Source: Octopus bimaculoides | Lineage: Eukaryota | Direction of reading: 5' to 3' | NCBI RefSeq assembly: GCF_001194135.2 | Contig: NC_068983.1 | Location: forward strand, 75,522,673 to 75,586,672 | Length of the DNA stretch: 64,000 nt | Shown here: piece after piece, positions 23,273-37,574 of the stretch | How positions within the stretch are numbered: position 1 is the first letter of the stretch | Layout of the letters: each line of letters starts with the position of its first letter | Program-made: the position numbers and the translations under genes | Notes under the pieces: generated by a model | The model's input: the letters and a program-made list of their open reading frames with translations, nothing else | Database searches by the model: none | Told to the model about the DNA's origin: nothing

Positions 23273-24390
23273 AGGGCATTACTATACAATAATGCCTCAC
23301 ACTATGAGGGACTGCTATATATATATATATATATATATANNNNNNNNNNNNNNNNNNNNNNNNNNNNNNNNNNNNNNNNNNNNNNNNNNNNNNNNNNNNN
23401 NNNNNNNNNNNNNNNNNNNNNNNNNNNNNNNNNNNNNNNNNNNNNNNNNNNNNNNNNNNNNNNNNNNNNNNNNNNNNNNNNNNNNNNNNNNNNNNNNNNN
23501 NNNNNNNNNNNNNNNNNNNNNNNNNNNNNNNNNNNNNNNNNNNNNNNNNNNNNNNNNNNNNNNNNNNNNNNNNNNNNNNNNNNNNNNNNNNNNNNNNNNN
23601 NNNNNNNNNNNNNNNNNNNNNNNNNNNNNNNNNNNNNNNNNNNNNNNNNNNNNNNNNNNNNNNNNNNNNNNNNNNNNNNNNNNNNNNNNNNNNNNNNNNN
23701 NNNNNNNNNNNNNNNNNNNNNNNNNNNNNNNNNNNNNNNNNNNNNNNNNNNNNNNNNNNNNNNNNNNNNNNNNNNNNNNNNNNNNNNNNNNNNNNNNNNN
23801 NNNNNNNNNNNNNNNNNNNNNNNNNNNNNNNNNNNNNNNNNNNNNNNNNNNNNNNNNNNNNNNNNNNNNNNNNNNNNNNNNNNNNNNNNNNNNNNNNNNN
23901 NNNNNNNNNNNNNNNNNNNNNNNNNNNNNNNNNNNNNNNNNNNNNNNNNNNNNNNNNNNNNNNNNNNNNNNNNNNNNNNNNNNNNNNNNNNNNNNNNNNN
24001 NNNNNNNNNNNNNNNNNNNNNNNNNNNNNNNNNNNNNNNNNNNNNNNNNNNNNNNNNNNNNNNNNNNNNNNNNNNNNNNAAACTTACTTGGAAATGGATG
24101 CGAAATGCAGAGTGGATAAAACAGACGACAACTGATGAAGGGATTGTTCTTTATATTGCCTGTCTCGTTTCTCTATTTGTTTCTTTTGTTGTCCGAAAAA
24201 AGTTCGTTTTCCAAGTTTTTATTTTTTTATGTTCTTGTTTTTCATTTTGCTCATGTTTTTTTGACGTCCTGTACCCATATATGCATGTATATATACATAT
24301 ATATGTAGGTGAGCCTGGTGCAGCCATCTAGTTCACCAGTCCTCAGTCAAATCGTCCAACCCATGCTAGCATGGAAAGCGGACGTTAAAC

Positions 24391-24426
<36 letters not shown>

Positions 24427-24933
24427 ATACATATACATACATACTATGTGTGCGTAATACCATTCCATAACAACACTTAGAAAAAAGTGAATATAACAGA
24501 ATTGTTAAATAAATAGCTAGCATAACTTTTCAACAATGTATCTATTTGTAATATATTTTCTCTTCCTGTTTTAGTTGTTTCTTACCAGGACTACCCTATA
24601 AGGCTACAAGCAAAACTGTTTGCCTAATCATTACTTTGCACTACAGTTAGAAACATCTTTTTTTTTACAAAAAAGACCACCACTAACACTTCTTGCCTCA
24701 CCACCACCACCACAACCACCACCACCACCACCACCACCAGCACTAGCACCAGCACCACCACCACCATCACCATCACCACCATCATCATTTTCATCATCAT
24801 CAAAATCAGAGTTGTCATTTCCCATCTCTTCACCATCATATGTTTTTTCCTTCCTCAGTTTTATAGCTTCCATAGCTAATCTCAGCTGCTTCCATCACCT
24901 GCTCCTAATTCATTGAGCCATCTATTTAATATA

Positions 24934-24978
<45 letters not shown>

Positions 24979-25215
24979 AATCCATCTCTCTTTCTTTCTG
25001 TCTCTCTCTTTCTCTTTCTCTCCATTCATTTCTCTCTCTTCCATTCTCTTTCCACACACACACACGCATACATACACACACACATACATGTGCACATACA
25101 CATCCTTTGTTTCATTTTGGTAATCTATCTGTCTATCTATCTATCTGGCTGTCTGTCTGTCTGCCTACCTGCCTGCCTGCCTGCCTGCCTGTCTGTCTGT
25201 TTATCTATCCATTCT

Positions 25216-25260
<45 letters not shown>

Positions 25261-25618
25261 TTGCCTGTTTGCCTGCCTGCCACCTATCTGTCTATCAGTC
25301 TTTCTGTCTATCTGTCTCTCTCAGTATCCAATCTCCAATAAAAGCAATATGTTATTTCACAAATACACCACACCTTAAATACTTCTTCAGTCAATGTATT
25401 GCACTGAATTGAACTCTTCTACCATAACCACTGAATTTCCACTGAAGCTGAGACTAAACTCACCAATGTCAGAAAACTTCATTGCTTATTGATTGCAATT
25501 GGATCTTATCCATGATGCAAACCAGAACTCTTTTGCTGTTCCACTTTTCACTTTTGTTTCAATCACCCACACCAACCTTCTCTCATTTTCCTACACCAAA
25601 ACCATATGTGTGCACACG

Positions 25619-25664
<46 letters not shown>

Positions 25665-26616
25665 TATGAGTATGAAATGTGAGTGAAGAGTATATTTTTC
25701 TTTTATGGTTTCCTTTGGGTTATTGAAAGAAACAAAAATAAACATATTTAATTTTATTGACGTAAGTACCTTGTTTACCAACCACAATGGTTCCAGGTTC
25801 AGTCCCACTGCATGGCACCTTGGGCAAGTGTCTTCTACTGTAGCCTTGGGCTGACTAAAGCCTTGAGAGTGTATTTGGTAGACAGAAATTGAAAGAAGCC
25901 TGTTGTATATATGCTTATATATGTTTGTGTGTCTATTGTTATTCTCCTCAATATTACTTAGCAGCCTATGCTGGTGCGTTTGTGTCCCCATAACTTAGTG
26001 GTTCAGCAAAAGACTGATAGAATAAGCACTAGGCTTACAAAGAATAAGTCCAGGGGTTGATTTGCTTGACTAAAGGCGATGTTCCAGCATGGCCGCAGTC
26101 GAAATGACTGAAACAAGTAAAAGAATAAAAGCATCATCATCATCATCATCATCGTTTAACGTCCTTTTTCCATGCTGACATGGGTTGGACGGTTTGACTG
26201 GGGTCTAGCAAGCCAGGAGGCTGGACCAGGCTCCAATCTGATCTGGCAATGTTTCTACAGCTGGATGCCCTTCCTAATGCCAACCACTCCGAGAGTGTAA
26301 CAGGTGCTTTTTACATGCCACCAGCATGGGAACCAGTCAGGCGGTGCTGGCATCGGCCTCGTTCAGATGGTGCTTTTTACGTGCCACCGGTACAGGAGCC
26401 AATCGGGGCGAAGGGGCTGGCATCGACCACATTTGGATGGTGCTTTTTACATGCCGAATATATAAATCTAAAATAAGATTTACTTTTTGTGGTCTAAATT
26501 TAAATCTGTTTGTCTTGTTTGATATATGACGAAGATAAGGGTAAGTACTAAACTGGTGTGTGGCGTTAGCTTACAAGGTTTGCCGTTTAACCAACTCATG
26601 TATATCAATATCTCAA

Positions 26617-26668
<52 letters not shown>

Positions 26669-27375
26669 CCACCACCACCATCATCATCATCACCGTGACC
26701 ATCATCATCATTATCTTTTAACGTCTGTTCTCTATGCTGGTATGGGTTGGATGGTTTGACAGTAGTTGACCAGCCAGAGAGCTGCCTGGCCTCCATTTGT
26801 CTATTTTGGCTTGCTTTCTATGGTTGGATGCCCTTCCTAATGCCAACCACTTTACAAAGTGCAGTGGATGCTTTTACATGGCCCCAACATGGGTCCTCTT
26901 ATGTGGCACTGGTATGGGTGCTTTTACATGACACTGGTATGGGTGTTCTCATGTGGGAGCGGCATGGTTGCTTTTTTGTGGCACTGGTACGTGTGCTTCT
27001 ACAAGGTACTAGCATGGGCATTTTTACATGGCACTGGTAAAAGTGCTTTTATGGAGCACTAGCACCTACAAACCCACAAGACTAGGATCTCTTGGCTGAG
27101 AGAGGGATGTAGAGGATGTGCTTGTATGCATGGACAGCCACAAGTTTACTTAGCTTGACGTGCCTTCTCAATTATCATAGTTAAAATGTTCCATTCTTTT
27201 ACTAAACTATCAGAAACTTTGTTATTAGCAGAATGGAAAATAGTTTTGATGCAAAAGAGTTTGTTTAATTACGGAAAGAAATATACGGTTATTTAAAATT
27301 TAGAAGGGCTACACAGCTTCTACATATACAGAAAAAATCCTTTGAAAAAAATGTGTAATTTAACTAAAAGATATA

Positions 27376-27582
27376 CTGTATTTTCCAGCATACAAGTGGA
27401 ATTTTCATGACCAAAATTTGTGGTAAAAAATTGTGGGTTGACTCACATTCCAAGATAACTTTGGAGGACCAAATATTCCACGTGAATTGCTATAGGATTT
27501 GACAAGATAGTGACAGTGTTTGAATGTTTACACTACATGGTTACACTATATGCTACATCAACTTGTATGCTGGAAAATATGG
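27376..27582. mobile_element. Tc1/mariner-superfamily (Tc2/pogo-like) MITE
   Basis: TA|CTGTATTTTCCAGCATACAAG ... CTTGTATGCTGGAAAATATGG|TA; 21-bp TIR with 2 mismatches. Confidence 0.85.
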
Positions 27583-28561
27583 TATGCAATATTATTAGTT
27601 TATGCAACAAGTAAAAAATATGAAATTATAAGAAATATATAGTACTACTAGTCTAATCAGATTTTTTATGAGGTCTCCATTAGTTATTGTTGACTATACT
27701 TCTGCACATGTATAAGCAGGCCTGGGCAAGAATTTTCATGGAATACTGGCAGTTGTCCATATATGCAAGTCTCTTCTCTCTAAGCTACCAATGTCTATCT
27801 AAGGAAATGGCTGCGTATTAGGACCTATACAACTTGGCATCAATGTATAATAGTTGCAGACATTTACTGCTAGAAGACAAAGAACTCAAACAGATACAGC
27901 AAAACATCTTGCCTGACTCTGATAGTTTTACCAAATACCATGCTGGCCCTGTATTTTTTTAATTAACCCACAAAATATCGAAGGTAAAGTTGAACTCAGA
28001 AGACAGACATTTGGAACAAAACCTGAAGAAACTAACAAAAAAGTATAGAGATTCTCCCCTACTCTGAAAAGTGCAAGTTTATCCACATGCACACACTTAC
28101 ACTCAACATGCGCACACATAAGCTCATGTCACATAATTCAGGTAATCACAAACCTTAAGACTTGTCTTAACTTAAAAAAGAAGAGTCTTGTCACTTTATT
28201 AGTGACCAGCTTAAATTTTGCATGTTTTCTTTGCATGGGTCATTGCATGGGTCAGATGGAACTTATTGGGGCAGACTTTTATGGCTAGTTGCCCTTCCTG
28301 CAGCCAACCATTACCTGTATCCAAGCAAAGTAGTATTTCCAGTGTTCTGACATGTTTTCTCAGAATATTGGAAATGAATGATGCTCATTTACAACAATCA
28401 TGTGATGTCAAGACAAGAAGACACAAACATACACACATATACATGCATGTGTACTTGCATGTGCATGTGTATATATGTGTGTACCTCACACACATACACA
28501 CATATATGTGTGTATATATAATATATGTGTGTGTATGTATGTATATAAAGTATGCATATAA

Positions 28562-28640
<79 letters not shown>

Positions 28641-28900
28641 TATATATACATACACACACACACATACATACATACATACTTACATACATACATACATGCA
28701 TACATATATCTATATACACACACACATACAAACACACACACACATATATATGCATGCAAATGTATTTACATATACATACATTATATATATATATATACAC
28801 AATGATCTGATAATCTTTCTCTCTCTCTCTCTCTCTAGATATATATATATATGTGTGTGTGGATATGAATATATGACTGTATTAATGTATATCTTCTTGG

Positions 28901-28934
<34 letters not shown>

Positions 28935-29272
28935 GCTACAAGCAGGAGGAACAACATGAACAAACATAACCTAAAAGTCAATAAATGGAGAAAGATTCTG
29001 GAACATTCCATCCTTTAGATGTTTATATAGTTAATCTATATCTTGTTTCTATTGCACCATTCAATCAATACTAAGCTCACAGAAGCACTTTCTCATATAC
29101 ATTTACATACAGACATATTCACAAATATACACTTTTGATATATATACAATACATACAAACATATATATATATACATATATGTATATGTTGCATATGTATG
29201 TATATATATATATATATGTATGTGTGTATGTTGGTATATGTATGTATATATGTATATTTTGTTGAGGTAAAA

Positions 29273-29353
<81 letters not shown>

Positions 29354-29495
29354 TATACATATACATATATATACATATATATATATGCAAGATTGAATAG
29401 CTTGCTATAGTCATATGTACACATGTGAATAAATATACACATACATATACATATGTAAATAAATACAATGATGTGATGACCTCTCTCTCTCTCTT

Positions 29496-29546
<51 letters not shown>

Positions 29547-31232
29547 ATATGAAAGTATGGGCATATTAGTGTATGTCTTCTTGGCATATATGTGTATGTA
29601 CATATGGAAAATCTTATAACATCTATCAGAACATTTTTCTTGATCATTGCTTTGCTTTTGTTTTCTTTCTGTGCATGCTTTATGAAACATGCAATTGAGA
29701 TAGGAGTTTCAGCTTTGGAAATGTTACCTGTGCATAGAGTATAAGTAAATAGAGAATCAGATAGAGATGTGTATTGGTCTGCTATGAACTTAATTCTAGT
29801 GTGTCTGCCATGAACAGAAGGAATATACATAGTAATAATATACCATAATTGAAAGAATATAGGTGTGTGGTAAGGAGCTGGCTTCCCAACTATATGGTTC
29901 TGGGTTCAGTCCCACTGTGTGGCAGCACCTTAGGCAAGTGTCTCCTGCTATAGCCTCAGGCTGACCAAAGCCTTGTGAGTGGATTTGGTAGACAAAAACT
30001 TTGAGAAGTCTGTTGTATATATATCTATGTATATATTTATGTGTGTGTCTTTGTGTCTGTGTTTGGCATTCCACCATCGCTTGACAACTGATGTTGGAAT
30101 GTTTATATCCCCGTAACTTAGCAGTTCGGCAAAAGTGAATGATAGAATTTTCCATATGTACATACCAGGCTTACAAAAAATAAGTCCTGGGGTCTATTGC
30201 TTTGACCAAAAAGCAGTGCTCCATCATGGCTGCAGTCAAATGACTGAAACACATAAAAGAATAAAAGAATAAGAGTCAATAAATATTCTAAACATTTATA
30301 TAGCTACAAAACCCTCACTTTCTGAGTCACAACGTGTTTGTGATCATGCATTTGTCTAGGAAGGCAGCTAAAACTTAGCTCTCAAGGGAGGTGTTTCTTG
30401 TGCCTTGTTGTTGCAGTTGCTTTGTTGTCTTCAATGAGTTAAAGTAGAATAGTATATAGATATCTCAATGCATAACTGTTCAACACAGTTTTGTCTCACC
30501 CATGCAAAGAAGGAAAAGTGGACATTAAAACAATAATGATGATGATAATGATAAATCTCTCTCTTAGCACTAAACCCAAACCCACCCATCCATCTATCCC
30601 TCCCTCCCTCTCTCCATCCATCCATCCATATCACCAGCATTATATATATATCGTTTAACGTCCGCTTTCCATGCTAGCATGGGTTGATATATATATNNNN
30701 NNNNNNNNNNNNNNNNNNNNNNNNNNNNNNNNNNNNNNNNNNNNNNNNNNNNNNNNNNNNNNNNNNNNNNNNNNNNNNNNNNNNNNNNNNNNNNNNNNNN
30801 NNNNNNNNNNNNNNNNNNNNNNNNNNNNNNNNNNNNNNNNNNNNNNNNNNNNNNNNNNNNNNNNNNNNNNNNNNNNNNNNNNNNNNNNNNNNNNNNNNNN
30901 NNNNNNNNNNNNNNNNNNNNNNNNNNNNNNNNNNNNNNNNNNNNNNNNNNNNNNNNNNNNNNNNNNNNNNNNNNNNNNNNNNNNNNNNNNNNNNNNNNNN
31001 NNNNNNNNNNNNNNNNNNNNNNNNNNNNNNNNNNNNNNNNNNNNNNNNNNNNNNNNNNNNNNNNNNNNNNNNNNNNNNNNNNNNNNNNNNNNNNNNNNNN
31101 NNNNNNNNNNNNNNNNNNNNNNNNNNNNNNNNNNNNNNNNNNNNNNNNNNNNNNNNNNNNNNNNNNNNNNNNNNNNNNNNNNNNNNNNNNNNNNNNNNNN
31201 NNNNNNNNNNNNNNNNNNNNNNNNNNNNNNNN

Positions 31233-31287
<55 letters not shown>

Positions 31288-31699
31288 GTATGTGTGTATG
31301 TATATATATGTATAGTGCTGATGTTACACCTGTACTGGTGTGATGTCCATGTTGGTGGCATGTAAAAAGCATGCAGCACACTCTGTAAAGTGGTTGGGAT
31401 TAGGAAGGGCATCCAGCTATAGAAACCAAGCCAAAACAGACTGGAACTTGATGCAGCTCTTCTGCTTGCCAGCTCTGGTCAAACCATCCAACTCGTGCCA
31501 GCATGGAAAACGGAAGTTTAATGATGATGATGATGATGATGATGTACAATGGGATTCTTTCAGATTCTGTTTACCAAATAACTCACAAGGCTTGGGTTGC
31601 CCTGAAGCTACAGTAAAACACCCTTGTCTAGGGTGCCATGCAAAGTGACTAAACCCAAAACCATGTGGTAAACATATATACATACATATATGCTTATAT

Positions 31700-31932
31700 A
31701 TAATTATTAAACAAGACAGCAGGCATTAAGGCAAGGCAAACATCACAACTTGTATACAATATTATTATAGCAAGAAATTCAAAATTTTACAGCTGTTTCT
31801 GGGATATCCTCAAGTATGGGATATTCCGTCATCAGAGACAAATAGGGGAAAAAATAGGGAAAATGAGAATGGTATATATTAATAAGATAATGACATAGAG
31901 GAAGGGAAGCGTACCTAATTGTTTATATTACC
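31700..31932 (-). mobile_element. Penelope-like pseudo-LTR fragment with a hammerhead-like motif
   Basis: Minus strand CTGATGA-stem-GAAACAGCTGTA; embedded in TA-rich flanks. Boundaries approximate. Confidence 0.55.
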
Positions 31933-31954
31933 TGTGAACTAAATCCCCATTCTT

Positions 31955-31993
<39 letters not shown>

Positions 31994-32362
31994 NNNNNNN
32001 NNNNNNNNNNNNNNNNNNNNNNNNNNNNNNNNNNNNNNNNNNNNNNNNNNNNNNNNNNNNNNNNNNNNNNNNNNNNNNNNNNNNNNNNNNNNNNNNNNNN
32101 NNNNNNNNNNNNNNNNNNNNNNNNNNNNNNNNNNNNNNNNNNNNNNNNNNNNNNNNNNNNNNNNNNNNNNNNNNNNNNNNNNNNNNNNNNNNNNNNNNNN
32201 NNNNNNNNNNNNNNNNNNNNNNNNNNNNNNNNNNNNNNNNNNNNNNNNNNNNNNNNNNNNNNNNNNNNNNNNNNNNNNNNNNNNNNNNNNNNNNNNNNNN
32301 NNNNNNNNNNNNNNNNNNNNNNNNNNNNNNNNNNNNNNNNNNNNNNNNNNNNNNNNNNNNNN

Positions 32363-32395
<33 letters not shown>

Positions 32396-33559
32396 CATAC
32401 AGTAAAAATATATATATGCACACATTCATCACTTTCCTTATTTAAATATTTCTTTCATTATTTCTATCTTCATTCTACTGTACTTACTATGTGAGCCACT
32501 CCCGTTAGTTTTCATCAGATCTACATTGCTCTAATTTTATCCATATCTCTGTAACCTATACCTACACATTTGATTCATTCTCATTTCTTTATTTGCCATA
32601 TGTTTCTTTTAAAAATTTAGAGAATCATTAGAGGAAAACTTGAAACCAGACTGTTATAAGAATCAGGGTAGTTGGGGTGAACAGGAACCTAGTCAATGAT
32701 GTTTATTTTCAAGTTTGGTTATCTTGCTTGTTAAATACACACACATACACACCCATACACATGCATATGTGTACAATCAAATACATTTACATATAAACAT
32801 GTATGTGTGTGTGTGTGTGTGTATGTGTGTGTGTGTGTGCATGTATGTATATGTGGAAGCACATGGATTAAGGATTAGGGTGTTGTCCTCATGATTATAA
32901 GATTGATTTTGATTCCCAAACTGAGCAATGCTTCATGTTTTTGAGCAAAACACTCCATTTATGTTGCTCCAGTCTACTGCACTGACAAAAGTGAGTAATC
33001 CTGTGATGGACTGCTGTCCTGTCCAGTAGGAGAATATGCATCACAGAACCTGGAAAACCAGCCTCATGAGCCTATGGCTTATGAAGAGCCTTTAATCCTG
33101 CTTTTTTTTTATGTATGTATGTATGTATGTATGTATGTATGTATGTATATATGTATTTACATACATATCCATCCAGCCAGCCAGCCATCCATACATACAT
33201 ACATTCATACATACAAGCATACATACATATGTGTGCACGTACATATTTTTTAAAAAACTGGTGTTTAATCTCTGGGCAACCCCGATCAAGCAGACCATTG
33301 TTAAAAGGTGTTCCATCATCTCATTTCTTTTTGTTTCAGACAGTATGTATATCAGACTACATTACACAACATCCTTTATTTTTTTAGAAGGTAGGATGTG
33401 ATTTGTGGTAGGTTTAGCCTCCATTTTCAGTAGGTGAAACTTCTCTATGGAGTAGGGCCAGGTGATCTTTTTAGTACCATTAATGAAAAATGCAAATGTG
33501 GAGAAGGGCATGACTGCTAAGAAAAATAATGGTAAAAATAATGAAAAAAATTAATTACA

Positions 33560-34152
33560 CTATAACGTTACAAATTCACAGATATGAGGTGGTGACGCAA
33601 TACCTTAAAATGTTGGGCCTCACAGAGGCAATGACAAAAGATTGAGACCTTTGGAGATATACTGTGATTGAGAAGACCCGGCAAGTAAAGTGAGATCTCA
33701 GTCAGTGCTGCATGACCAGTCCATTTAAGAGGACTCTTGAAGCGTTGGGTGATATGATGTGTTTGAGAAGACCTGCTGAGTTGAGTGATATTGAAATCGT
33801 AGTCATGGCCAGTGCCACCTGACTGGCACCCGTGCTGGTGACATGTAATAAGGACCATCCAAATATATTCTGTGCTAGTGTCCCAAGACTACTTCCATGC
33901 TGGTGACATGTAAAAAGCACCATCCAAACGTGGTTGATACCAGTGCCCCCTGACTGGCTCCCATCCTCGTGGCACATAAAAAGCACCCATTACACTCTTG
34001 GAGTGGTTGGATTTAGGAAGGGCATCCAGCTGTAGAAACATCGCCAGATCAGATTGGAACCTGGTGCAGCTCACTGGCTTGCCAGACCTCAGTCAAACTG
34101 TCCAACCCATGCCAGCATGGAAAGTGGACATTAAATGATGATAATGATGATG
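33560..34152 (+). mobile_element. RTE LINE 3' end: last ORF2 codons, 3' UTR with hairpin-unit array and (GAT)n tail
   Basis: Similar to 21970-22230; ends catgccagcatggaaagtggacattaaatgatgataatg. Confidence 0.85.
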
Positions 34153-35484
34153 TAACAAACATTAAATTACTGTTTTGCCCTTTAAAGTATAAACTGCTTT
34201 TTCACATGGATTTTATATATNNNNNNNNNNNNNNNNNNNNNNNNNNNNNNNNNNNNNNNNNNNNNNNNNNNNNNNNNNNNNNNNNNNNNNNNNNNNNNNN
34301 NNNNNNNNNNNNNNNNNNNNNNNNNNNNNNNNNNNNNNNNNNNNNNNNNNNNNNNNNNNNNNNNNNNNNNNNNNNNNNNNNNNNNNNNNNNNNNNNNNNN
34401 NNNNNNNNNNNNNNNNNNNNNNNNNNNNNNNNNNNNNNNNNNNNNNNNNNNNNNNNNNNNNNNNNNNNNNNNNNNNNNNNNNNNNNNNNNNNNNNNNNNN
34501 NNNNNNNNNNNNNNNNNNNNNNNNNNNNNNNNNNNNNNNNNNNNNNNNNNNNNNNNNNNNNNNNNNNNNNNNNNNNNNNNNNNNNNNNNNNNNNNNNNNN
34601 NNNNNNNNNNNNNNNNNNNNNNNTGTGTGTGTGTGTGTAAGTGTGTATGTGTGTGTGTATGTTTGCCTCTCCTTGTCTCCTTTGTCTTTTATTCTTCTGA
34701 TGTCTGGTAGTAGTGGTGGGGGGGGGAGCAATAAAATAAAGTTCAGAGTGGTGGATTGGTGGAATTCCGAGAGCATTGTGGACAAAATTCTTTGTGGCAT
34801 TTGTGCTGTTGACTCTTTATGTTCTGAGTACCCAAGTAGGAACGGCGAATTTGTCAACATCTAACCAACTTGATGGAGTCCTTAAAAAAAAAAAAAGGCA
34901 ATGGGGAAATTGCATGAAAATTTCCTTACAAATGCTTAGTGCTTGAAAAGGAATTCAGTAGGGGTCATTTGCTGATGTGATGGTGCTAGAAAGAAAGAAA
35001 GAAATTATGACATCCAGGGAAGGTTAAATTTATGAGTTGACAAGATAACTGAAACTAGGTGGCTGGAGCAGGGTATTCTATAGAATTAACAAAAATCCCA
35101 GAAAACAAGAGATCGTTCTTGTATCTGGTGACATAGATAAACAAAAGGTTTATTATTTCATGGTTGCCCTGTGGTCCACCATATTGGTAATCTAAAACAT
35201 ACACATGCTTACAGTTTTAATTTTGCTTTATTAGTAGTAGTAGTAGTAGTAGCAGCAGCAGTACCAGTGGCAGTAGCAGCAGCAGTCGCTGTTGTTTGGC
35301 TGTTGTTCAAGGCATTAGAACATAGGACTACGAAATTTACAAATGTAATTCCATTTTTTGATGGTAAATTAAGTGTAATTTGAGGGGGATTTGGTTGCTA
35401 ATTCTAGCAGATTGAGTGACCACATATAGGCTCTACTGATAACTCACACATACATGTACATATATACATGCACATAAACACACA

Positions 35485-35567
<83 letters not shown>

Positions 35568-35877
35568 GGTTTTTAACCCCCTCACCCCAAACTATGAAGC
35601 CCTGTCTTACAATACATTAGACTCAAGACATTAGACTGTAGAGCACCTTTACATTTTAGACTTTTATCCTTTACTTGTTTCAGTCATTGGACAGCAGCCC
35701 TTCAGGGGCACCATCTTTAAGGGTTTTAGCTGAATGAATCAACCCCACCCCCAGCATTTAATTTTTAAAGCTTGATACTTATTTTATTGACCTCTTAAGC
35801 TGAACCACTAAGTTATGGCGATTTAAACAAACCAAAGCATTTGTCAAGCAGTGGTGGGGACAAACAGTAGGACACAT

Positions 35878-35910
<33 letters not shown>

Positions 35911-37538
35911 AGCATATATATGTATATGTGTGTGTATAAATATAGGCACAGGAGTGGCTGTGTGGTAAGAAGTTTGCTTCTCAGCCACATGGTTCTGAGT
36001 TCAGTTTCGCTATGTGGGACCTTGGACAAGTGTCTTCTACTATAGCCTCAGGCCGACCAAAACTTTGTGAGTGGATTTGGTAGATGGAAACTGAAAGAAG
36101 CTCATTGTTTATACATGTATATATATAAATGTGTATATATATATATATNNNNNNNNNNNNNNNNNNNNNNNNNNNNNNNNNNNNNNNNNNNNNNNNNNNN
36201 NNNNNNNNNNNNNNNNNNNNNNNNNNNNNNNNNNNNNNNNNNNNNNNNNNNNNNNNNNNNNNNNNNNNNNNNNNNNNNNNNNNNNNNNNNNNNNNNNNNN
36301 NNNNNNNNNNNNNNNNNNNNNNNNNNNNNNNNNNNNNNNNNNNNNNNNNNNNNNNNNNNNNNNNNNNNNNNNNNNNNNNNNNNNNNNNNNNNNNNNNNNN
36401 NNNNNNNNNNNNNNNNNNNNNNNNNNNNNNNNNNNNNNNNNNNNNNNNNNNNNNNNNNNNNNNNNNNNNNNNNNNNNNNNNNNNNNNNNNNNNNNNNNNN
36501 NNNNNNNNNNNNNNNNNNNNNNNNNNNNNNNNNNNNNNNNNNNNNNNNNNNNNNNNNNNNNNNNNNNNNNNNNNNNNNNNNNNNNNNNNNNNNNNNNNNN
36601 NNNNNNNNNNNNNNNNNNNNNNNNNNNNNNNNNNNNNNNNNNNNNNNNNNNNNNNNNNNNNNNNNNNNNNNNNNNNNNNNNNNNNNNNNNNNNNNNNNNN
36701 NNNNNNNNNNNNNNNNNNNNNNNNNNNNNNNNNNNNNNNNNNNNNNNNNNNNNNNNNNNNNNNNNNNNNNNNNNNNNNNNNNNNNNNNNNNNNNNNNNNN
36801 NNNNNNNNNNNNNNNNNNNNNNNNNNNNNNNNNNNNNNNNNNNNNNNNNNNNNNNNNNNNNNNNNNNNNNNNNNNNNNNNNNNNNNNNNNNNNNNNNNNN
36901 NNNNNNNNNNNNNNNNNNNNNNNNNNNNNNNNNNNNNNNNNNNNNNNNNNNNCTTGTGCCCACGGCATGTGTAAGGACTTTCGAGAGAGATCGTTGCCAG
37001 TGCCCCTAGACTGGCTCTTGTGTGGGTGGCACATAAGATACACCATTTTGAGCGTGGCCGTTCCCAGTACCGCCTGACTGGCCTTTGTGCCGGTGGCACG
37101 TAAAAGCACCCACTACACTCTCTGAGTGGTTGGCGTTAGGAAGGGAATCCAGCTGTAGAAACTCTGCCAAATCAGATTGGGGCCTGGTGTAGCCATCTGG
37201 TTTCACCAGTCCTCAGTCAAATTGTCCAACCCATGCTAGCATGGAAGGCAGACGTTAAACGACGATGACGACAACGATAATAATATGTGCATGTATTTGT
37301 GTGTCTATGTTTTACCCCACCCCCATCACTTGACAACTGATGTTGGTGTGTTTGCCTCCTCGTAACTTAGCAGTTCGGCAAAAGAGAATTAGAATAAGTC
37401 CTAGACTTACAAAATATAAGTCCAGGGGTCAATTTGTTTGACAAAAGGCGATGCTCCAGCATGGCCACAATCAAATGACTGAAACAAGTAAAAGAATAAA
37501 AGAATAGACATACATATATCCACACATACATACATACA

Positions 37539-37574
<36 letters not shown>

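Noticed and set aside
24128-24200. CTGATGAAGGG after the gap, hammerhead-like start
   Set aside because: No properly spaced stem II followed by GAAA.
24586-24640. Possible 5' UTR exon on the minus strand (strong CTG|gtaaga donor)
   Set aside because: Splice-like signals alone are common in AT-rich DNA; needs transcript evidence.
28218-29830. Numerous YI/CV/HT-repeat ORFs here and elsewhere
   Set aside because: Dinucleotide microsatellite translations.
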